Source: Eledone cirrhosa
Taxonomy: Eukaryota
Direction of reading: 5' to 3'
Assembly: GCA_964016885.1 (NCBI GenBank)
Contig: OZ024757.1
Span: 372,001 to 436,000, forward strand
Length of the DNA stretch: 64,000 nucleotides
Within the stretch, counting starts at the first letter, position 1; the number at the start of each line of letters is the position of its first letter. Made by a program: the position numbers and the translations under genes. The notes beneath the pieces were generated by a model. That model was not told where the DNA came from. It did no database searches and saw only the letters and a program-made list of their open reading frames with translations. Positions 25,301-38,400 of the stretch are shown in pieces.

Positions 25301-27520
25301 TGACATTGGGGTGAAGACAGTAGCTACTGGGTGAGATAGTGACATTGGGGTGAAGACAATAGCTATTTGGGTGAGATAGTGACATTGGGGTGAAGACAGA
25401 AGCTACTAGGGTGTGATAGTAACATCAGGGTGAAGACAGTAGCTACTAGGGTGAGATAGTGACATTGGGGTGGAGACAGTAGCTACTAGGGTGAGATAGT
25501 GACATTAGAGTGAAGGTAGTAGCTACTAGGGTGAGATAGTGACATTGGGGTGAAGACAGTAGCTACTATGGTGAGATAGTGACATTGGGGTGAAGACAGT
25601 AGCTACTAGGGTGAGATATTGACATTGGGGTGAAGACAGGAGCTACTAGGGTGAGATAGTGATATTGGGGTGAAGACAATAGCTACAAGGGTGAGATAGT
25701 GACATTGGGTGAAGACAATAACTACTAGGGTGAGAGAGTGACATTGGGGTAAGAGAGTAGCTACTAGGGTGAGATAGTGACATTGGGGTGGAGATAGTAG
25801 CTACTAGGGTGAGATAGTGACATTGGGGTGAAGACAGTAGCTACTGGGTGAGATAGAGACATTGGGGTGAAGATAATAGCTATTTGGGTGAGATAGTGAC
25901 ATTGGGGTGAAGACAGAAGCTACTAGGGTGTGATAGTGACATTAGGGTGAAGACAGTAGCTACTAGGGTGAGATAGTGACATTAGAGTGAAGACAGTAGC
26001 TACTAGGGTGTGATAGTGACATTGGGGTGAAGACAGTAGCTACTAGGTTGCGATAGTTACATTGGGTGAAGACAGTAGCTACTAGGGTGAGATAGTGACA
26101 TTGGGGTGAAGACAGTAGCTACTAGGGTGAGATAGTGACATTGGGGTGAAGACAGGAGCTACTAGTGTGAGATAGTGATATTGGTGGTGAAGACAGTAAC
26201 TACTAGGGTGAGATAGTGACATTGGGGTGAAGACAGTAGCTACTATGGTGACATAGTGACATTGGGGTGAAGACAATAGCTATTTGGGTGAGACAGTGAC
26301 ATTGGGGTGAAGACAGTAGCTACTGGGTGAGATAGTGACATTGGGGTGAAGACAGTAGCTACTAGGGTGAGATATTGACATTGGGGTGAAGACAGTAGTT
26401 ACTAGGGTGAGATATTGACATTGGGTGAAGAGAGTAGCTACTAGGATGAGATAGTGACATTGGGGTGAAGACAGTAGCTAATAGGGTGCGATAGTGACAT
26501 TGGGTGAAGACAGTAGCTACTAGGGTGAGATAGTGACATTGGGGTGAAGACAGTAGCTACTAGGGTGAGATAGTGACATTGGGGTGAAGACAGTAGCTAC
26601 TAGGGTGAGATAGTGACATTGGGGTGAAGACAGTAGCTACTATGGTGAGATAGTGACATTGGGGTGAAGACAATAGCTATTTGGATGAGATAGTGACATT
26701 GGGGTGAAGACAAAGCTACTAGGATGTGATAGTGACATTGGGGTGAAGACAATAGCTACTAGGGTGAGATAGTGACATTGGGGTGAAGACAGTAGCTACT
26801 AGGGTGGGATAGTGATATTGGGGTGAAGACAATAGCTACAAGGGTGAGATAGTGATATTGGGTGAAGACAATAGCTACTAGGGTGAGAGAGTGACATTGG
26901 GGTAAGAGAGTAGCTACTAGGGTGAGATAGTGACATTGGGGTGACAACAGTAGCTACTAGGGTGAGATAGTGACATTGGGGTGAAGACAGAAGCTACTAG
27001 GGTGTGATAGTGACATTAGGGTGAAGACAGTAGCTACTAGGGTGAGATAGTGACATTGGGGTGGAGACAGTAGCTACTAGGGTGAGATAGTGACATTGGG
27101 GTGAAGACAGTAGCTACTAGGGTGAGATAGTGACATTAGGGTGAAGACAGGAGCTACTAGGGTGAGATAGTGATATTGGTGGTGAAGACAGTATCTACTA
27201 GGGTGATATAGTGACATTGGGGTGAAGACAGTAGCTACTATGGTGACATAGTGACATTGGGGTGAAGACAATAGCTATTTGGGTGAGACAGTGACATTGG
27301 GGTGAAGACAGTAGCTACTAGGGTGTGATAGTGACATTAGGGTGAAGACAGTAGCTACTAGGGTGAGATAGTGACATTGGGGTGAAGACAGAAGCTACTA
27401 GGGTGTGATAGTGACATTAGGGTGAAGACAGTAGCTACTAGGGTGAGATAGTGACATTGGGGTGGAGACAGTAGCTACTAGGTTGAGATAGTGACATTGG
27501 GGTGAAGACAGTAGCTACTA
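13400..27520 (+). repeat. ~7-kb tandem block duplication in two segments: ~13400-15060 vs ~20690-22345 (offset 7286) and ~15510-20550 vs ~22480-27520 (offset 6969)
   Basis: ORF pairs 13540/20826, 14098/21384, 14533/21819 (7286) and 15770/22739, 16762/23731, 17439/24408, 17757/24726, 19113/26082, 19790/26759, 20108/27077 (6969). Markers AAGACAAGAG 15001/22287, AATAGCTATTTGGGTTAGA 15522/22491, AGGTTGAGAT 20511/27480. Confidence 0.92.
16210..20550 (+). repeat. Nested block duplication, offset 2351 bp (~59 monomers), repeated at ~23180-27520
   Basis: ORF pairs 16762/19113, 17439/19790, 17757/20108 and 23731/26082, 24408/26759, 24726/27077 are all offset 2351; marker GGTTGAGATA 18161/20512. Confidence 0.9.
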
Positions 27521-30500
27521 GGGTGAGATAGTGACATTGGGGTGAAGACAGGTGCTACTAGGGTGAGATAGTGACATTGGGGTGAAGACAGTAGCTACTA
27601 GGGTGATATAGTGACATTGGGGTGAAGACAGTAGCTACTATGGTGACATAGTGACATTGGGGTGAAGACAGTAGCTTCTGGGTGAGATAGTGACATTGGG
27701 GTGAAGACAATAGCTATTTGGGTGAGATAGTGACATTGGGGTGAAAACAGAAGCTACTAGGGTGTGATAGTAACATCAGGGTGAAGACAGTAGCTACTAG
27801 GGTGAGATAGTGACATTGGGGTGGAGACAGTAGCTACTAGGGTGAGATAGTGACATTAGAGTGAAGGTAGTAGCTACTAGGGTGAGATAGTGACATTGGG
27901 GTGAAGACAGTAGCTACAAGGGTGAGATCGTGACATTGGGGTGAAGACAGTAGCTACTAGGGTGAGATATTGACATTGGGGTGAAGACAGTAGCTACTAG
28001 GGTGAGATATTGACATTGGGTGAAGACAGTAGCTACTAGAGTGAGATAGTGACATTGGGGTGAAGACAGTAGCTACTAGGGTGCGATAGTGACATTGGGT
28101 GAAGACAGTAGCTACTAGGGTGAGATAGTGACATTGGGTGAAGACAATAGCTATTAGGGTGAGAGAGTGACATTGGTGTGAAGACATTAGCTACTTGGGT
28201 GAGATAGTGACATTAGGGTGAAGACAGTAGCTACTAGGGTTAGATAGTGACATCAGGGTGAAGACAGTAGCTACAAGGGTGAGATCGTGACATTGGGGTG
28301 AAGACAGTAGCTACTAGGGTGAGATATTGACATTGGGGTGAATACAGTAGCTACTAGGGTGAGATAGTGACGTTGGGGTGAAGATAATAGCTATTTGGGT
28401 GAGATAGTGACATTGGGGTGAAGACAGTAGCTACTAGGGTGGGATAGTGATATTGGGGTGAAGACAATAGCTACAAGGGTGAGAGAGTGACATTGGGGTA
28501 AGAGAGTAGCTACTAGGGTGAGATAGTGACATTGGGGTGGAGATAGTAGCTACTAGGGTGAGATAGTGACATTGGGGTGAAGACAGTGGCTACTGGGTGA
28601 GATAGAGACATTGGGGTGAAGATAATAGCTATTTGGGTGAGATAGTGACATTGGGGTGAAGACAGAAGCTAATAGGGTGTGATAGTGACATTAGGGTGAA
28701 GACAGTAGCTACTAGGGTGAGATAGTGACATTAGAGTGAAGACAGTAGCTACTAGGGTGTGATAGTGACATTGGGGTGAAGACAGCAGCTACTAGGGTGC
28801 GATAGTTACATTGGGTGAAGACAGTAGCTACTAGGGTGAGATAGTGACATTGGGGTGAAGACAGTAGCTACTATGGTGACATAGTGACATTGGGGTGAAG
28901 ACAATAGCTATTTGGGTGAGACAGTGACATTGGGGTGAAGACAGTAGCTACTGGGTGAGATAGTGACATTGGGGTGAAGACAGTAGCTACTAGGGTGAGA
29001 TATTGACATTGGGGTGAAGACAGTAGCTACTAGGGTGAGATATTGACATTGGGTGAAGAGAGTAGCTACTAGGATGAGATAGTGACATTGGGGTGAAGAC
29101 AGTAGCTAATAGGGTGCGATAGTGACATTGGGTGAAGAGAGTAGCTACTAGGGTGAGATAGTGACATTGGGGTGAAGACAGTAGCTACTAGGGTGAGATA
29201 GTGACATTGGGGTGAAGACAGTAGCTACTAGGGTGAGATAGTGACATTGGGGTGAAGACAGTAGCTACTATGGTGAGATAGTGACATTGGGGTGAAGACA
29301 ATAGCTATTTGGGTGAGATAGTGACATTGGGGTGAAGACAAAGCTACTAGGATGTGATAGTGACATTGGGGTGAAGACAATAGCTACTAGGGTGAGATAG
29401 TGACATTGGGGTGAAGACAGTAGCTACTAGGGTGAGATAGTGACATTGGGGTAAGAGAGTAGCTACTAGGGTGAGATAGTGACATTGGGGTGGAGATAGT
29501 AGCTACTAGGGTGAGATAGTGACATTGGGGTGAAGACAGTAGCTACTAGGGTGAGATAGTGACATTGGGGTGAAGACAATAGCTACTAGGGTGTGATAGT
29601 GACATTAGGGTGAAGACAGTAGCTACTAGGGTGAGATAGTGACATTGGGGTGGAGACAGTAGCTACTAGGGTGAGATAGTGACATTGGGGTGAAGACAGT
29701 AGCTACTAGGGTGAGATAGTGACATTGGGGTGAAGACAGGAGCTACTAGGGTGAGATAGTGATATTGGTGGTGAAGACAGTATCTACTAGGGTGATATAG
29801 TGACATTGGGGTGAAGACAGTAGCTACTATGGTGACATAGTGACATTGGGGTGAAGACAATAGCTATTTGGGTGAGACAGTGACATTGGGCTGAAGACAG
29901 TAGCTACTAGGGTGTGATAGTGACATTAGGGTGAAGACAGTAGCTACTAGGGTGAGATAGTGACATTGGGGTGAAGACAGAAGCTACTAGGGTGTGATAG
30001 TGACATTAGGGTGAAGACAGTAGCTACTAGGGTGAGATAGTGACATTGGGGTGGAGACAGTAGCTACTAGGGTGAGATAGTGACATTGGGGTGAAGACAG
30101 TAGCTACTAGGGTGAGATAGTGACATTGGGGTGAAGACAGGAGCTACTAGGGTGAGATAGTGACATTGGGGTGAAGACAGTAGCTACTAGGGTGATATAG
30201 TGACATTGGGGTGAAGACAGTAGCTACTATGGTGACATAGTGACATTGGGGTGAAGACAATAGCTATTTGGGTGAGACAGTGATATTGGGGTGAAGACAG
30301 TAGCTACTGGGTGAGATAGTGACATTGGGGTGAAGACAATAGCTATTTGGGTGAGATAGTGACATTGGGGTGAAGACCGAAGCTACTAGGGTGTGATAGT
30401 AACATTAGGGTGAAGACAGTAGCTACTAGGGTGAGATAGTGACATTGGGGTGGAGACAGTAGCTACTAGGGTGAGATAGTGACATTAGAGTGAAGGTAAT

Positions 30501-33500
30501 AGCTACTAGGGTGAGATAGTGACATTGGGTGAAGACAGTAGCTACTAGGGTGAGATAGTGACATTGGGTGAAGACAATAGCTACAAGGGTGAGATCGTGA
30601 CATTGGGGTGAAGACAGTAGCTACTAGGGTGAGATATTGACATTGGGGTGAAGACAGTAGCTACTAGGGTGAGATATTGACATTGGGTGAAGACAGTAGG
30701 TACTAGAGTGAGATAGTGACATTGGGGTGAAGACAGTAGCTACTAGGGTGCGATAGTGACATTGGGTGAAGACAGTAGCTACTAGGGTGAGATAGTGACA
30801 TTGGGTGAAGACAATAGCTACTAGGGTGAGAGAGTGACATTGGTGTGAAGACATTAGCTACTTGGGTGAGATAGTGACATTAGGGTGAAGACAGTAGCTA
30901 CTAGGGTGAGATAGTGACATCAGGGTGAAGACAGTAGCTACAAGGGTGAGATCGTGACATTGGGGTGAAGACAGTAGCTACTAGGGTGAGATATTGACAT
31001 TGTGGTGAATACAGTAGCTACTAGGGTGAGATAGTGACGTTGGGGTGAAGACAGTAGCTACAAGGGTGAGATCGTGACATTGGGGTGAAGACAGTAGATA
31101 CTAGGGTAAGATAGTGACATTGGTGTGAAGACAGTAGCTACTAGGGTGAGATAGGGACATTGGGATGACAACAGTAGCTACTAGGGTGAGATATTGACAT
31201 TAGGGTGAATACATTAGCTACTAGGGTGAGACAGTGACATTGGGGTGAATACAGTAGCTACTAGGGTGAGATAGTGACATTGGGGTGAAGACAATAGCTA
31301 CAAGGGTTAGATATTGACATTGGGTGAAGACAATAGCTACTAGGGTGAGAGAGTGACATTGGTGTGAAGACATTAGCTACTTGGGTGAGATAGTGACATT
31401 AGGGTGAAGACAGTATCTACTAGGGTGAGATAGTGACATTGGGGTGAAGACAGTAGCTACAAGGGTGAGATCGTGACATTGGGCTGAAGACAGTAGCTAC
31501 TAGGGTGAGATATTGACATTGGGGTGAATACAGTAGCTACTAGGGTGAGATAGTGACATTGGGGTGAAGACAGTAGCTACAAGGGTGAGATCGTGACATT
31601 GGGGTGAAGACAGTAGATACTAGGGTGAGATCGTGACATTGGGGTGAAGACAGTAGCTACTAGGGTGAGATATTGACATTGGGGTGAATACAGTAGCTAC
31701 TAGGGTGAGATAGTGACATTGGGGTGAAGACAGTAGCTACAGGGGTGGGATCGTGACATTGGGATGAAGACAGTAGATACTAGGGTAAGATAGTGACATT
31801 GGGGTGAAGACAGTAGCTACTAGGGTGAGATAGGGACATTGGGGTGACAACAGTAGCTACTAGGGTGAGGTAGTGACATTAGGGTGAATACAATAGCTAC
31901 TAGGGTGAGATAGTGACAATGGGGTGAAGACAGTAGCTACTGGGTGAGATAGTGACATTGGGGTGAAGACACTAGCTATTTGGGTGAGATAGTGACATTG
32001 GGGTGAAGACAATAGCTACAAGGGTTAGATATTGACATTGGGTGAAGACAATAGCTACTAGGGTGAGAGAGTGACATTGGTGTGAAGACATTAGCTACTT
32101 GGGTGAGATAGTGACATTAGGGTGAAGACAGTATCTACTAGGGTGAGATAGTGACATTGGGGTGAAGACAGTAGCTACTAGGGTGTGATAGTGACATTAG
32201 GGTGAAGACAGTAGCTACTAGGGTGAGATAGTGACATTGGGGTGGAGACAGTAGCTACTAGGGTGAGATAGTGACATTAGAGTGAAGACAGTAGCTACTA
32301 GGGTGTGATAGTGACGTTGGGGTGAAGACAGTAGCTACTGGGTGAGATAATGACATTGGGGTGAAGACAGTAGCTACTGGGTGAGATAGTGACATGGGGT
32401 GAAGACAATAGCTATTTGGGTGAGATAGTGACATTGGGGTGAAGACAGAAGCTACTAGGGTGTGATAGTGACATTAGGGTGAAGACAGTAGCTACTAGGG
32501 TGAGATAGTGACATTGGGGTGGAGACAGTAGCTACTAGGGTGAGATAGTGACATTAGAGTGAAGATAGTAGCTACTAGGGTGAGATAGTGACATTTGGGT
32601 GAAGACAGTAGCTACAAGGGTGAGATCGTGACATTGGGGTGAAGACAGTAGCTACTAGGGTGAGATATTGACATTGGGGTGAGGACAGTAGCTAATAGGG
32701 TGAGATATTGACATTGGGTGAAGACAGTAGCTACTAGGGTGAGATAGTGACATTGGGGTGAAGACAGTAGCTACTAGGGTGCGATAGTGACATTGGGTGA
32801 AGACAGTAGCTACTAGGGTGAGATAATGACATTGGGGTGAAGACAGTAGCTACTAGGGTGAGATAGTGACATTGGGTGAAGACAATAGCTACTAGGGTGA
32901 GAGAGTGACATTGGTGTGAAGACGTTAGCTACTTGGGTGAGATAGTGACATTAGGGTGAAGACAGTAGCTACTAGGGTGAGATAGTGACATCAGGGTGAA
33001 GACAGTAGCTACAAAGGTGAGATCGTGACATTGGGGTGAAGACTGTAGCTACTAGGGTGAGATATTGACATTGGGAAGAATACAGTAGCTACTAGGGTGA
33101 GATAGTGACATTGGGGTGAAGACAGTAGCTACAAGGGTGAGATCGTGACATTGGGGTGAAGACAGTAGATACTAGGGTAAGATAGTGACATTGGGGTGAA
33201 GACAGTAGCTACTAGGGTGAGATAGGGACATTGGGGTGACAACAGTAGCTACTAGGGTGAGATAGTGACATTAGGGTGAATACATTAGCTACTAGGGTGA
33301 GATAGTGACATTGGGGTGAAGACAGTAGCTACTAGGGTGAGATAGTGACATTGGGGTGAAGACAATAGCTACAAGGGTTAGATAGTGACATTGGGTGAAG
33401 ACAATAGCTACTAGGGTGAGAGAGTGACATTGGTGTGAAGACATTAGCTACTTGGGTGAGATAGTGACATTAGGGTGAAGACAGTAGCTACTAGGGAGAT

Positions 33501-35499
33501 AGTGACATTGGGGTGAAGACAGTAGCTACAAGGGTGAGATCGTGACATTGGGGTGAAGACAGTAGATACTAGGGTGAGATCGTGACATTGGGGTGAAGAC
33601 AGTAGCTACTAGGGTGAGATATTGACATTGGGGTGAATATACAGTAGCTACTAGGGTGAGATAGTGACATTGGGGTGAAGACAGTAGCTACAAGGGTGAG
33701 ATCGTGACATTGGGGTGAATACAGTAGCTACTAGGGTAAGATAGTGACATTGGGGTGAAGACAGTAGCTACTAGGGTGAGATAGGGACATTGGGGTGAAT
33801 ACAATAGCTACTAGGGTGAGATAGTGACAATGGGGTGAAGACAGTAGCTACTAGGGTGAGATAGTGACATTGGGGTGAAGACAATAGCTACAAGGGTTAG
33901 ATAGTGACATTGGGTGAAGACAATAGCTACTAGGGTGAGAGAGTGACATTGGTGTGAAGACATTAGCTACTTGGGTGAGATAGTGACATTAGGGTGAAGA
34001 CAGTAGCTACTAGGGTGAGATAGTGACAATGGGGTGAAGACAGTAGCTACAAGGGTGAGATCGTCACATTGGGGTGAAGACAGTAGCTACTAGGGTGAGA
34101 TATTGACATTGGGGTGAAGACAGTAGCTACTAGGGTGAGATATTGACATTGGGGTGAATACAGTAGCTACTAGGGTGAGATAGTGACATTGGGGTGAAGA
34201 CAGTAGCTACAAGGGTGAGATCGTGACATTGGGGTGAAGACAGTAGATACTAGGGTAAGATAGTGACATTGGGGTGAAGACAGTAGCTACTAGGGTGAGA
34301 TAGGGACATTGGGGGGACAACAGTAGCTACTAGGGTGAGATAGTGACATTAGGGTGAATACATTAGCTACTAGAGTGAGATAGTGACAATGGGATAAAGA
34401 CAGTAGCTACTAGGGTGAGATAGTGACATTGGGGTGAAGACAATAGCTACAAGGGTTAGATAGTGACATTGGATGAAGACAATAGCTACTAGGGTGAGAG
34501 AGTGACATTGGTGTGAAGACATTAGCTACTAGGGTGAGATAGGGACATTGGGGTGACAACAGTAGCTACTAGGGTGAGATAGTGACATTAGGGTGAATAC
34601 AATAGCTACTAGAGTGCGATAGTGACATTGGGTGAAGACAGTAGCTACTAGGGTGAGATAGTGACATTGGGGTGAAGACAGTAGCTACTAGGGTGAGATA
34701 GTGACATTGGGTGAAGACAATAGCTACTAGGTTGAGAGAGTGACATTGGTGTGAAGACATTAGCTACTTGCGTGAGATAGTGACATTAGGGTGAAGACAG
34801 TAGCTACTAGGGTGAGATAGTGACATCAGGGTGAAGACAGTAGCTACAAGGGTGAGATCGTGACATTGGGGTGAAGACAGTAGCTACTAGGGTGAGATAT
34901 TGACATTGGGGTGAATACAGTAGCTACTAGGGTGAGATAGTGACATTGGGGTGAAGACAGTAGCTACAAGGGTGAGATCGTGACATTGGGGTGAAGACAG
35001 TAGATACTAGGGTAAGATAGTGACATTGGGGTGAAGACAGTAGCTACTAGGGTGAGATAGGGACATTGGGGGGACAACAGTAGCTACTAGGGTGAGATAG
35101 TGACATTAGGGTGAATACATTAGCTACTAGGGTGAGATAGTGACATTGGGGTGAAGACAGTAGCTACTAGGGTGAGATAGTGACTTTGGGGTGAAGACAA
35201 TAGCTACAAGGGCTAGATATTGACATTGGGTGAAGACAATAGCTACTAGGGTGAGAGAGTGACATTGGTGTGAAGACATTAGCTACTTGGGTGAGATAGT
35301 GACATTAGGGTGAAGACAGTAGCTACTAGGGTGAGATAGTGACATTGGTGTGCAGACAGTAGCTACAAGGGTGAGATCGTGACATTGGGCTGAAGACATT
35401 AGCTACTAGGGTGAGATATTGACATTGGTGTGAATACAGTAGCTACTAGGGTGAGATAGTGACATTGGGGTGAAGACAGTAGCTACAAGGGTGAGATCG

Positions 35500-38400
35500 T
35501 GACATTGGGGTGAAGATATAGATACTAGGGTAAGATAGTGACATTGGGTTGAAGACAGTAGCTACTAGGGTGAGATAGGGACATTGGGGTGACAACAGTA
35601 GCTACTAGGGTGAGGTAGTGACATTAGGGTGAATACAATAGCTACTAGGGTGAGATAGTGACAATGGGGTGAAGACAGTAGCTACTGGGTGAGATAGTGA
35701 CATTGGGGTGAAGACAATAGCTATTTGGGTGAGATAGTGACATTGGGGTGAAGACAGAAGCTACTAGGGTGTGATAGTGACATTAGGGTGAAGACAGTAG
35801 CTACTAGGGTGAGATAGTGACATTGGGGTGGAGACAGTAGCTACTAGGGTGAGATAGTGACATTAGAGTGAAGACAGTAGCTACTAGGGTGTGATAGTGA
35901 CGTTGGGGTGAAGACAGTAGCTACTAGGGTGCGATAGTTACATTGGGTGAAGACAGTAGCTACTAGGGTGTGATAGTGACATTGGGGTGAAGACAGTAGC
36001 TACTAGGGTGAGAGAGTGACATTGGTGTGAAGACATTAGCTACTTGGGTGAGATAGTGACATTAGGGTGAAGACAGTAGCTACTAGGGTGATATAGTGAC
36101 ATTGGGGTGAAGACAGTAGCTACAAGGGTGAGATCGTGACATTGGGGTGAAGACAGTAGCTACTAGGGTGAGATATTGACATTGGGGTGAAAACAGTAGC
36201 TACTTGGGTGAGATATTGACATTGGGGTGAATACAGTAGCTACTAGGGTGAGATAGTGACATTGGGGTGAAGACAGGAGTTACTAGGGTGAGATAGTGAT
36301 ATTGGTGGTGAAAACAGTAACTACTAGGGTGAGATAGTGACATTGGGGTGAAGACAGTAGCTACTATGGTGAGATAGTGACATTGGGATGAAGACAATAG
36401 CTATTTGGGTGAGACAGTGACATTGGGGTGAAGACAGTAGCTACTGGGTTAGATAGAGACATTGGGGTGAAGACAGTAGCTACTAGGTGAGATAGTGACC
36501 TTGGGGTGAAGACAATAGCTATTTGGGTGAGATAGTGACGTTGGGGTGAAGACAGAAGCTACTAGGGTGTGATAGTGACATTAGGGTGAAGACAGTAGCT
36601 ACTAGGGTGAGATAGTGACATTGGGGTGGAGACAGTAGCTACTAGGGTGAGATAGTGACGTTAGAGTGAAGATAGTAGCTACTAGGGTGAGATAGTGACA
36701 TTGGGGTGAAGACAGTAGCTACAAGGGTGAGATCGTGACATTGGGGTGAAGACAGTAGCTACTAGGGTGAGATATTGACATTGGGGTGAAGACAGTAGCT
36801 ACTAGGGTGAGATATTGACATTGGGTGAAGACAGTAGCTACTAGGGTGAGATAGTGACATTGGGGTGAAGACAGTAGCTACTAGGGTGAGATAGTGACAT
36901 CAGGGTGAAGACAGTAGCTACAAGGGTGAGATCGTGACATTGGGGTGAAGACAGTAGCTACTAGGGTGAGATATTGACATTGGGGTGAATACAGTAGCTA
37001 CTAGGGTGAGATAGTGACATTGGGATGAAGACAGTAGCTACAAGAGTGAGATCGTGACATTGGGGTGAAGACAGTAGATACTAGGGTAAGATAGTGACAT
37101 TGGGGTGAAGAGAGTAGCTACTAGGGTGAGATAGGGACATTGGGGTGACAACAGTAGCTACTAGGGTGAGATAGTGACATTAGGGTGAATACATTAGCTA
37201 CTAGGGTGAGATAGTGACATTGGGTGAAGACAGTAGCTACTAGGGTGAGATAGTGACATTGGGGTGAAGACAATAGCTACTAGGGTGAGAGAGTGACATT
37301 GGTGTGAAGACATTAGCTACTTGGGTGAGATAGTGACATTAGGGTGAAGACAGTAGCTACTAGGGTGAGATAGTGACATTGGTGTGAAGACAGTAGCTAC
37401 AAGGGTGACATCGTGACATTGGGCTGAAGACATTAGCTACTAGGGTGAGATATTGACATTGGGGTGAATACAGTAGCTACTAGGGTGAGATCGTGACATT
37501 GGGGTGAAGACAGTAGCTACAAGGGTGAGATCGTGACATTGGGGTGAAGACATAGATACTAGGGTAAGATTGTGACATTGGGTTGAAGACAGTGGCTACT
37601 AGGGTGAGATAGGGACATTGGGGTGACAACAGTAGCTACTAGGGTGAGATAGTGACATTAGGGTGAATACAATAGCTACTATGGTGAGATAGTGACAATG
37701 GGGTGAAGACAGTAGCTACTGGGTGAGATAGTGACATTGGGGTGAAGACAATAGCTATTTGGGTGAGATAGTGACATTGGGGTGAAGACAGAAGCTACTA
37801 GGGTGTGATAGTGACATTAGGGTGAAGACAGTAGCTACTAGGGTGAGGTAGTGACATTGGGGTGGAGACAGTAGCTACTAGGGTGAGATAGTGACATTAG
37901 AGTGAAGACAGTAGCTACTAGGGTGTGATAGTGACGTTGGGGTGAAGACAGTAGCTACTAGGGTGCGATAGTTACATTGGGTGAAGACAGTAGCTACTAG
38001 GGTGAGATAGTGACATTGGGGTGAAGACAGTAGCTACTAGGGTGATATAGTGACATTGGGGTGAAGACAGTAGCTACAAGGGTGAGATCGTGACATTGGG
38101 GTGACGACAGTAGCTACTAGGGTGAGATATTGACATTGGGGTGAAGACAGTAGCTACTAGGGTGAGATATTGACATTGGGGTGAATACAGTAGCTACTAG
38201 GGTGAGATAGTGACATTGGGGTGAAGACAGGAGTTACTAGGGTGAGATAGTGATATTGGTGGTGAAAACAGTAACTACTAGGGTGAGATAGTGACATTGG
38301 GATGAAGACAATAGCTATTTGGGTGAGACAGTGACATTGGGGTGAAAACAGTAGCTACTGGGTGAGATAGAGACATTGGGGTGAAGACAGAAGCTACTAG

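Noticed and set aside
33490-33645. Isolated 2-bp deletion (CTAGGGAGAT, ~33496) and 2-bp insertion (GAATATACAG, ~33639)
   Set aside because: These are single dinucleotide slippage events or sequencing errors, with no target-site duplication or foreign sequence to suggest an element footprint.
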